Of a DNA stretch of 64,000 nucleotides, positions 52,784 to 64,000 are shown in pieces. Made by a program: the position numbers and the translations under genes. Under the pieces are notes generated by a model, which searched no databases, was not told the origin of the DNA, and worked only from the letters and a program-made list of their open reading frames with translations. Location of the stretch: positions 112,966,001 through 113,030,000 of the forward strand of contig NC_086107.1 of the NCBI RefSeq assembly GCF_963921235.1, written 5' to 3'. The DNA comes from Mobula hypostoma. Its lineage: Eukaryota. Numbering within the stretch: the first letter of the stretch is position 1; each line of letters starts with the position of its first letter.

Positions 52784-53644
52784 TTATACCATCAGCACAA
52801 ATATTCCAACTGTCAGCAGAGAGACGGTCTACCTTTATTTAAATACAGCATGGAACAGGCCCTTCTGGCTCTTTGAGCCACGCCGCCCAGCAACCCCCAG
52901 TTTTAACTCTGGCCTAATCAAGGGACCAATTAACCTACTAACTGGTACATCTTTGGACAGTGGGAGGAAACTGGAGCACTGAGAACCAGGGAGGAGTAGA
53001 AACCCCTTACAGATGCTGCTGGAATTGAAATGCAACAGCGCTGCACTAACCGCCATGCCACCGTGCGCACTTGGTAGCATTGCAGTTGAGTGAATATAGG
53101 GTGACAACGCCCTCAAAGAGGAACCATGTAACTCAGCCTGGGTCCATAAAGCATAGAAGAAATGTTGCACAGCTGAGCTCTGGGACTAGAAAACAGAGGG
53201 AGCAATTGCATATCCTTTGAAACACTTTCTTAGACAAGGGAAAATCTTTGTATAAATTTAAGGTGCTGGTAGATAGATAATTGATTATCAAAGAAGGTAG
53301 TCAGGAATGTAAAACTGAGCCGACAATCTAATCAGCCATCATTTTACTAAATAGTGAAGTAGGCTTGAGGAGCCTACCCCTACTCTTACTCAGTTTAGAG
53401 AGTATAAAGGGTGGTAAATATTTAAAAGACAACTGATGATGTGCTGACAGTGAAGATCAATGTCAGGGACATAGAATAGACAGATGTAGAGTGTAGGAGA
53501 CTGATAGGAAAGTCAGTAAGGTCAGAGACAGCAAAGGTTACAAAGGCTGTAAGTGGTGGAATTTGGAAGTGAGAAATTGGAGGGATTTTGAAAAAGTAAT
53601 TCTAGCCAGCAGCTTCCCCCAACACCCAGCACAATGCAACTTCA

Positions 53645-53905
<261 letters not shown>

Positions 53906-54066
53906 TCACCTCCCCAACATCTTTTATTAAATCCAAGCCGGAGGCTGTCTGATTGCCATTCAATAGCAGAACAACTATTTCCCTTAAAAAGTTTTCACAG
54001 ATGTATTGAAGTTCCATTAATCAATTTACCTTTACACCCCAATTTCCCTGTGTCCAGAAGGACTTA

Positions 54067-54258
<192 letters not shown>

Positions 54259-54716
54259 CTATCCTTGCAGATTCACACTGCCAAAGAGTACTAAACTTAA
54301 AACCAGTTTTGTAACAACATTTAAAATTTTTTTCCTAGGCATCTTGGATTCAAATTACCAGCTTGTGCACTAATAACTAGAAAATAAATACAACAAAATT
54401 AAATAATTTTCATTACTGAACACGTATCAGTTCTACTATGAACATCCATGCACTGTGGACAAAAACAGACATTTAGCAATGAAAAGGCCATTTCATCATT
54501 AAATCCCATAACCAATTCTGCTCCACGTGCTATGATAATATCTGATCATCTCAGTCAATAACTTGAAACAATGAGAGCTGTTTAGGTAAGAGTGCCCAGA
54601 CATCCACTATCCAAGCAGACTTTGGTGAGGCCTAACTTGGGAGTGTTGTGTGCAGTTCTGGCCACCTACCGAGAGGAAAAGTGTAAATAAGGTTGAGAAA
54701 GTGCAGAGAAAATTTA

Positions 54717-56309
54717 CAGTGGCATGCAAAAGCTTGGGCACCCCGGTCAAAATTTCTGTTACTGTGAATAGTTCAGTGAGTAGAAGATGAACTGATCTCC
54801 AAAGTCATAAAGTTAAAGATGAAACATTCTTTTCAACATTTTAAGCAAGATTAGTGTATTATTTTTGTTTTGTACAATTTTAGAGTGAAAAAAAGGAAAG
54901 GAGCACCATGCAAAACTTTGGGCACCCCAAGAAATTTGAGCTCTAACTTTTACCAAGGTCTCAGACCTTAATTAGCTTGTTAGGGCTATGGCTTGTTCAC
55001 AGTCATCGTTAGGAAAGGCCAGGTGATGCAAATTTCAAAGCTTTATAAATACCCTGACTCCTCAAACCTTATCCCAACAATCAGCAGCCATGGGCTCCTC
55101 TAAGCAGCTGCCTAGCCCTCTGAAAATTAAAATAAATGATGCCCACAAAGCAGGAGGCGGCTATGAGAAGATAGCAAAGCCCTTTCAGCTAGCCATTTCC
55201 TCAGTTCATAATGTAATTAAGAAATGGCAGTTAACAGGAATGGTGGAGGTCAAGTTGAGGTCTGGAAGTCCAAGAAAACTTTCCGAGAGAACTGCTCATA
55301 GGATTGCTAGAAAGGCAAATCAAAGCCCCCGTTTGACTGCAAAAGACCTTCAGGAAGATTTAGCAGACTCTGGAGTGGTGGTGCACTGTTCTACTGTGTA
55401 GCGACACCTGCACAAATATGACCTTCATGGAAGAGTCATCAGAAGAAAACCTTTCCTGCGTCCTCACCACAAAATTCAGTGTCAGAAGTTTGCAAAGGAA
55501 CATCTAAACAAGCCCGATACATTTTGGAAACAAGTTCTGTGAACTGATGAAGTTAAAACAGAACTTTTTGGCTGCAATGAGCAAAGGTATGTTTGGAGAA
55601 AAAAGGGTGCAGAATTTCATGAAAAGAACACCTCTCCAATTGTTAAGCATGGGGGTGGATCGATCATGCTTTGGGCTTGTGTTGCAGCCAGTGAAACGGG
55701 GAGTATTTCACGGGTAGAGGGAAGAATGAATTCAATTAGATACTAGCAAATTCTGGAAGCAAACATCACACCATCTGTAAAAAAAGCTGAAGATGAAGAG
55801 AGGATGGCTTCTACAACAGGATAATGATCCTAAACACACCTCAAAATCCACAATGGTCTACCTCAAGGTGCAAGCTGAAGGTTTTGCCATCGCCCTCACA
55901 GTCTCCCAACCTAAACATATCAAAAATCTGTGGATAGACCTCAAAAGAGCAGTGCATGCAAGATGGCCCAAGAATCTCACAGAACTAGAAGCCTTTTGCA
56001 AGGAAGAGTGGGCAAAAATCCCCCAAACAAGAATTGAAAGACTCTTAGCTGACTACAGAAAGCATTTACAAGCTGTGATACTTGCCAAAGGGGGTGTTAC
56101 TAAGTACTGACCGTGCAGGGCGCCCAAACTTTTGCTTTGGGCCCTTTTCCTTTTTTGTTATTTTGAAACTGTAAAAGATGGAAATAAAGTAATCTTGCTT
56201 AACGTATTAAAATGTGTCATCTTTGGAAATCAGGTCATCTTTTACTCACTTAGCTATTCACAGTAACAGAAATTTTGACCAGGGGCGCCCAAGCTTTTGC
56301 ATGCCACTG
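54717..56309 (+). mobile_element. Complete Tc1-family IR/DR DNA transposon with pseudogenised DD34E transposase (55090-56110)
   Basis: TA|CAGTGGCATGCAAAAGCTTGGGCACCCC ... GGGGCGCCCAAGCTTTTGCATGCCACTG|TA; long TIRs with inner direct repeats (~54906 and ~56115); QQDNDPKH and NLW motifs; internal stops. Splits a CR1 fragment in a PRMT intron. Confidence 0.95.
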
Positions 56310-57289
56310 TACAAGGATGTCGCTGAGTTATAAGGTTAGGATTTTATTCCATGAGGGGAGATTTGATAGAGATATACAAAATTATGAGGGGTATAGATTA
56401 GGTAAATGCAAACAGTTCCCCCCCCCCCCACCAACTGAGGTTGGGTGGGACAACAAGTAGAAGTCTGGGGTTAAGGGTGAAATGTCAAAATTTAATGGTA
56501 ACATGGGGTGAAACTTCCCCAGAGTGGTGAGTTTGGGATGAACTGCTAGTGCAAGTGGTGCATACTGGCTGCTTTCAACGTCTTAAGAGTTTGGATAGGT
56601 ATATGAATGGTCGGGGTATGGGCGCAGATCAACAGAAGTAAACAATTTAAATGGTTTGGCACACACTAGATGAATTGAAGCACGTTTCTGTGTTGTACTT
56701 TTCTATGACTATCCTTTGGCAAGGAAAATTGTTAATTTTACCCTTATAAGCTGTATTTTTTTTTTACTTAGCACAATAACAGATCCTCCTAGTCCAATGG
56801 GCCCCTGCTGCCCAGTCATGACCATGTGACCAATTACCCTACTGACTGGGAGGTCTTTGGAGTGCGGGAGGAAACTCGCCTAGTCATGTGGAGAATATAC
56901 AAAGTCCTTATGGACAGTGACAGAACTGAACCCGAGTCACTGGTGCAGTCATAGCATTACGCTAACAATGCCACCCCATTTATACAGAATGGGCAGGCCC
57001 TTCAGCCCAACGAATATTCCTGTGCCATTTGCCCATATTCTATCAACAAACCTGTCCAAATGTCTTTTAAACATTGTACCCACCCTTGAGGGGGAAAAAC
57101 CTGCCTTTCGCATCCTCTTTAAATTTTCTCCCTCCTACCAAACACCCGTGTCCTCTGATTTTAAGCTCCCCTACACTGGGGGGAAAAAAGGCTAACTAGT
57201 CACCATAACTCACAATGTTATATACCTTTAAGGTTACCGCTCAGCATTCTGCACTCCAGGGAAAACAGTCCCAGCCCATCCAGTCCCCA

Positions 57290-58170
57290 TGTTGTATCTC
57301 AATGACTTGGATGAAGGAATCGATGGCTTTGTGGCCAAGTTTGAAGACGGTATGAAGACAGGTGGTACTGAGGAAGCAGGGTATCTGGACAACTTAAGAA
57401 TGGGCAAAGTGGCAGATGGAATATAGTGTAGGGAAGTGTATGGACCTGTACTTTGGCAGAAAGCATAAAAATGTGGACTATTTTCTAAATGGGGAGAAAA
57501 TTCAAAAATCAGAGTTGCAAAGGCACTTGGGAGCCCTCGTGCTAAAGTTTACCTGGCAGGTTGAGTCAGTGGTAGGGAGGGCAAGTGGAATGTAGCATTC
57601 ATTTTGAGAGGACTAGAATATAAAAACAGGGGTGTAGTGCTGAGGCGTACTTGAGTGTATTGTGAGCAGTTCTGGATCCCCTTATCTAAGGAAAGATGTG
57701 TTGGCACTGGAGATGGCCTGGAAGAGGTCCATGAGAATGCCCCCAGGAATTGAGTATTTGATGGCTCTGGGACTTCACTCGCTAGAGTTTTTTTTTGGGG
57801 GGGAGGGGGAAGAGAAATACTGAAAAGTATCAAATATTTAAAGGCCAATATACAGTGAATGTGATGAGTCTAGGACTGGAAAGCAGAGCCTCAAAACTGA
57901 GGGACATCTATTTAGAACAGAGATAACAAGGAATTTCTTAAGCCAGAGAGTGGCGAATCTCTGGAATTGCCAAGGATGGCTGTGGAGGCCAAATCATTGG
58001 GTACATTTAAAGCGGAAGTTGCGATTCTTGGTTAGTCAAGAGTGTGAAAGATTATGGGGAGAAGGCAGGAGAATGGAGTTGAGAGGGATAATAAATCAGC
58101 CATGATGGAATGGCAAAGTAGATTCCATGGGCTGAGTGGCCTAATTCTGCTCCTACATCTTAAGGTCTTA
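57290..58170 (+). mobile_element. Degraded CR1 3' fragment
   Basis: RT C-terminal remnants and the typical 3' UTR (gggagaaggcaggagaatgg...aatcagccatgatgg). Confidence 0.7.
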
Positions 58171-58652
58171 AAAATATCCTGTTAACTGAAGAGAATGAGC
58201 AAGCTTGTGGGATTGGTTCCACTCCAGACTCAATATCAAGGTACAATGCTACTGTGTTAAGTGCCATACTGACCTAACCTTTGCAGGGAATTTCTCTCCA
58301 GATTGCATGCAATCATTTCATTGTCACTGGGGCTGCCTTACTTCTATACTGAAACACATGCTCTGAGAATGTGAACTTCCACAGTATACTCCTCACATAA
58401 AATTGGGAAAGTTTCGAGCAATCTTGACGATGGGTGGGATTTACACGTGGATATCACCGGTGACAAGTCACCCATATGCCATTGACCAATGTCATTTACC
58501 AGTGACTACAGTGCAGGCAGGTGGACCAAACAAGTTCCTGGATAAAAATTCTTGAATATTTCGGTTAATCAAAACTCTCATCCCTAGTTGCTGTTTGTGT
58601 CGGAGTTAGCCCTGCTGTTTTATGTAAGTGGATACATTTGAGCAGTATTTCA

Positions 58653-58820
<168 letters not shown>

Positions 58821-58910
58821 TCAGTTTAAATCAATGTGCAACAGGTACCCAGGGTGGGCTTGACATATGTTGCAGGTTCAGGTATTAATTGAAAACTACA
58901 ACCTTGGCTT

Positions 58911-59321
58911 CCTCCAAGAGGACCACTACCTTACATTAGAGTTTGCAGGCTTGAATGCATCAGTGATCTGGAGAGCTACGTTGGCTGGAGTTAGGGCTTT
59001 ACGCTTTGGCTCTTGGTAGGATCACCCATGCCAAACAGGTCAAAGGGTAGAGGCCAGGCTAAGAGTGGCCCACTGGTCCTGCGGGTTCGGCTCAGGGCTA
59101 ACAACCGTGATTGGTAAAACAAAATTGTTACAGAAACAGCAATGAAGAACCTTTCTACAGCTTAGTGTGATGGTATTCCTGAGTCTCCACCCGGGACTTC
59201 CATGATTGACAGCACTGAAAACTGAGGAAACTACTGACTTGATGTAGGAAGCCCTGAAAACCACCAGAGCTGGAGGCCTTTCATTACTCCCCTAAACACC
59301 AGCAGTGTAAAGAGCAGCAAA
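58911..59321 (+). mobile_element. Non-autonomous RTE-like element (5' UTR fused to 3' end)
   Basis: 14-bp TSD TACAACCTTGGCTT at 58897 and 59322; shares gagagcta.gttggctggagt.agggcttt...ggtcaaagggtagag with the copy at 21705. Confidence 0.65.
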
Positions 59322-59727
59322 TACAACCTTGGCTTATAACCTAAATGAATACTGATAAACTATGAATCAACTGAGACTCAATAAAGACACACCTGCACTT
59401 ATCACAATCACAAATGAGGAATACAGTTGTTTAATCAAATGAAGCGGCTAAACAACCAATTCACCCAAACGTACTATTTTTAATTAATGCATATCCAGAT
59501 TCGCAAACTCAGCCAGCTCCATTATGGGCACTAGCCTCCTCAGCATTGAAGACATTTTTAAAAGGTGACACCTCAAAAAGGCAGCAAGGACCCTCACTAG
59601 CCAGTACATGCCCTCTTCTGATTACCACCATCAGGGAGCCTGAAGGTCCACACCCAGTGTTTCAGAAACATCTTCCCTTCCACCATTACATTTCTGAACA
59701 GTCCATGAACACTACCTCACCATTTTT

Positions 59728-60616
59728 GTCATAGTCATACTTTATTGATCCCAGGGGAAATTGGTTTTCGTTACAGTTGCACCACAAATAATTATATAGT
59801 AATAAAACCATAAATAGTTAAATAATTATGTAAATTATGCCAGTAAATTATGAAATAAGTCCAGGACCAGCCTATTGGCTCAGGGTGTCTGACCCTCCAA
59901 GGGGGGAGTTGTAAAGTTTGATGGCCACAGGCAGGAATGACTTCCTATGACGCTCTGTGTTGCATCTCGGTGGAATGAGTCTCTGGCTGAATGTACTCCT
60001 GTGCCCACCCAGTACATTATGTAGTGGATGGGAGACATTGTCCAAGATGGCATGCAACTTGGACAGCATCCTCTTTTCAGACACCACCGTCAGAGAGTCC
60101 AGTTCCATCCCCACAACATCACTGGCCTTACGAATGAGTTTGTTGATTCTGTTGGTGTCTGCTACCCTCAGTCTGCTGCCCCAGCACACAACAGCAAACA
60201 TGATCGCACTAGCCACCACAGACTCGTAGAACATCCTCAGCATCGTCCGGCAGATGTTAAAGGACCTCAGTCTCCTCAGGAAATAGAGACGGCTCTGACC
60301 CTTCTTGTAGACAGCCTCTCTGTTCTTTGACCAGTCCAGTTTATTGTCAATTCATATCCCCAGGTATTTGTAATCCTCCACCATGTCCACACTGACCCCC
60401 TGGATGGAAACAGGGGTCACCAGTACCTTAGCCTTCCTCAGGTCTACCACCAGCTCCTTAGTCTTTTTCACATTAAGCTGCAGATAATTCTGCTCACACC
60501 ATGTGACAAAGTTTCCTACCGTAGCCCTGTACTCAGCCTCATCTCCCTTGCTGATGCATCCAACTATGGCAAAGTCATCCGAAAACTTCTGAAGATGACA
60601 AGACTCTGTGCAGTAG
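59728..60616 (-). mobile_element. Young Rex1/Babar-like 3' fragment (longest copy, includes RT FSDD region)
   Basis: LQKFSDD..AIVG, LNVKKTKEL, YKYLG and the same C-terminus; tail reads gtcatagtcata on +. Confidence 0.85.
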
Positions 60617-61492
60617 GTGCTCTTTTGCACTTATTTTCATTATTTCCTATTGTAACATAGTACTTTATGTCTTGCACTGTACTAGCTACTGAAAAACAAC
60701 AAATTTCACGACATATGGTTAGTGATGATAAACTTGATTCTGATCTAAACTACCTCAGCAACATCTGCAATGATAGCTGGATCGATTCCTCGTGGACTGA
60801 TGTACACCACCGTACTCAAAAAATCCAGCCAACATCCCTGCTGTGGTCTTTGGTGCAAGTGAGGTACCCGTGGAAGCTGTGCCTCTGGGGCCAAACCTCT
60901 GCAACATGATGAAATGAAATTGCAGGAAATATTAAAACTTTATAAAGGTTTTAAAATCGGCACAACCACAAATTGGCATTATATCTGCTGGCCATCTCTA
61001 TTAGGAAGAATATGCTGGACTGGGGTCTGAGGATGAAGACAAATACCGATAATGGAAATCCAGAGTAACACATACTAAGAGTGAAGGTCTTGTGTTGAGA
61101 GGCAGGAGTGGCAGAGGAAGATCCAATCAATGCTTTCACAATGCAAGGCAGTCAGAACAATACCTGAGAAAATAAAGTTGTAGGAACACAGGGGAAGTAG
61201 GGGAGTGGAGCTACTAAACTATTTCAGTGAATCGTCATAGACTTGGAGGTTCAAGAAGCTTCTTCCTGCCTTGGATCAAAGCAGAATCATTGTTTCTGAG
61301 CAAAAACTACAAAATGGAGGAACCTGGCAGCATTAACTGCATATTCAACTGCGGAGTTCCTTCATCATTGTGTGCATTGCTCTGGATTTCCAGCATCTTG
61401 TGCTTAACATTATTTCTGAAACAGGGGATGAGGGAAATGGGGCAAAATCTAGATGAGATTAACACTTGACTGCTGCTTCCAAGTAGCTACTA

Positions 61493-61735
<243 letters not shown>

Positions 61736-62989
61736 TTAACTCTAGTCTATCAGTCTGATCATGGGGTGAAAAAGAGGTGAACCTAACCTTGTAGGCATTG
61801 TTTGCTGATTTTACCCCATAACTGACCCAATCACAGGATGGAAATCACCCAAAAATGCACTTGCCATCTGGACTTGTATCGTTACTGAGAGAAATCTACA
61901 ATCAGAGGAGCAGCTCCCAACTTTTTTTTGCCATGGACATCTGCCATTAACTGAGGGGTCCATGGACCCCATGTCAGGAACCCCTGAATTAAGAGTAAAG
62001 AGCAAAAAGCAAGCTCCAATCTAGTTTAGGATTGTAGGGTTCTACTATTAGGCAACCAAATTTATTTGGTGTCCCATTTGAGAAAGTAACCTGCTTTTAT
62101 TTGGGGAAGATGATGTAACTTTAGACACAAGTTTTACTTCTACGGTATAAGAAGCTGTACTGAAAATGCTGCTCATAGAACTTTATTAAATCATTGTCAC
62201 AGGACACCGATATGCCAAGGGTTCAAAATTATAGTCAATTTCACAATCTCAATGACCACATATATCAGGATAGTAATTTTTTACAACAAGATCTTGAGAA
62301 TCTGCTGGAGGCAATACCCCAAAGCAGACCCTTCAAGAGATCCACAAAGCCAAGGAAGCAGCTTCTAACCTCCACTGTCTCGGTATGCATCACCCAGACA
62401 GTCTGAGCAACAAGAGTCAACCTTGATTTCAAGCACATGCCCCCCCCCCACCCCCCACCATTCCATTAGCTTGTCACTTGGTATATCATCATCCAAAGGT
62501 AACTGGCACTTGATCCTGCCTTTCAAAAACGCAAAATTTACATATTTTGCTTAACTCTCATAATCCACCCCACCCCCAACCTGTGTGGTGCATTGCCCTT
62601 GTACTTAATAAAGCATTTGCAAAACCAAGCAGCATACCAAAAGTAATTTGTTGTGATGTCTGCTCAGCTTAGTGGCATTGGGAAGGAAAAACTGGTCTGC
62701 CTTAATCAATTAAAAGGTGCCCCCCTCCATAGCATTTGAGAACAGACCGTCCCAGCCATAAACCCACAGCCACAATTAATACACAAGTTCTTGGCCAGAT
62801 ACCAAGCTGCTGCCCTATCAACTGGCATTTCAGGAATAAATAAAGGATTTATTTTGTCTGTAAAAGCTTTACGATGCACACAAAACATAAGGCACCAGAA
62901 CACAGGCAGTCCCCAAGTTACACAAGGGTTCCATTCCACAGAACCACCTATATGCCAGCCATTCGATAGCCACCCATCGGTCCAAAGGT

Positions 62990-64000
62990 AGATGAGTCAC
63001 CTGGACCAGATGGTGTACACCCAGGAGTTCTGAATGAGGTGGCTGAAGAGTTTGTGGAGGTATTAGTAATGATCTTTCAGAATCACTAGATTCTGGAAGA
63101 CTGGAAAATTGCAAACATCACTCTACTCCAAGAAGGGAGCGAGGCAGAAGAAAGGAAACTATAGGAAAGTTAGTCTGACCTGTGGTTGGGAAGATGTTGG
63201 AGTCAATTATTAAAGATGGGGGTTCAGGATATTTAAAGGCACATGATAAGATAGGCTGTAGTCAGCATGGTTTACTCGAGGGAAAATCTTGTCTGATAAA
63301 CCTATTGGAATTATTTGAAGTAACATGCAAGATAGGGATAGACAGAGGAGAATCAGTTGATATTGTGTACTTGGATTTCAGGCCTTTGTCAAGATGCCAC
63401 ACATGAGGCTGCTTAACAAGCTATGAGCCCAAGGTATTACAGGAAAGATTCTAGCATGGATAAAGCAGTGGCTGATTGGCAGGAGGCAAAGAGTGGGAAT
63501 AAAAGGAGCCTTTTCTGACTGGCTGCCTGTGACTAGTGGTGTTCCACAGGGGTTTGTGTTGGGACTGATTCTTTTTACATTGTATGTCAATGATTTAAAT
63601 TTTGGAATGGATGGCTTTGCTGCAGATTGCAGACCATATGAAGATGGTGGGGGGCAGGTAGCTTTGGGTACTTTATTCAAGAAAGGATATGCTGAAACTG
63701 GGAGAGAGTTCAAAGGAGGTTCATGAAAATGTTTCTGGGATTAAATGGCTTGTCATATGCAGAGCATCTGTTGGTCTGCGCCTGTATTCAGAAGAATGAG
63801 CGGTAACCTTATTGAACTCTATCAAATGTTAAAAGGCCTTGATAGAATGGATATGGAGAGGATGTTTCCTATGGTGGCAGAGTCTAAGACCAGAGGACGC
63901 AGTCTCAGAAAAGAGGGGTGTCCTTTCAGAACAGAAATGAAGAGGAATTTCTTTAATCAGAGTAGTGAATCTTGAGGAATTTTTTGCTACAGACAGCTAT
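62990..64000 (+). mobile_element. Degraded CR1 RT fragment running off the window end
   Basis: VGKMLESIIK, SQHG, GKSCL.NLL and VTSGVPQG motifs. Confidence 0.75.

Overview
Repeat-dense vertebrate nuclear DNA; the repeat mix (CR1, Rex1/Babar-like LINEs, Penelope-like ends, V-SINEs) suggests a cartilaginous fish (inference). Two host genes converge tail-to-tail. POLR2L/RPB10 is complete on the + strand (2 coding exons, 30512-36969) and has a promoter built from a triplicated E-box+NRF1 module. The last six coding exons of a PRMT1-like arginine methyltransferase lie on the - strand (61674-51311; the 5' part is beyond the window), followed by a probable ~3 kb repeat-free 3' UTR. The rest is mostly transposons: a near full-length CR1 and a 5'-truncated sister copy nested ~130 bp apart in one older CR1 3' end, a complete but dead IR/DR Tc1, a Tigger/pogo-like MITE, four young Rex1/Babar-like 3' copies, SINEs, and many Penelope-like terminal repeats carrying minimal type I hammerhead ribozyme motifs, one of them in sense inside the POLR2L intron. 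The most notable points are the hammerhead family with a compensatory stem change, the PRMT1/PRMT8-mosaic gene beside POLR2L, a TGA shared by both young CR1 ORF2s, a LINE-derived 39-bp minisatellite and a templated local duplication. All family names come from recalled motifs, not database searches.
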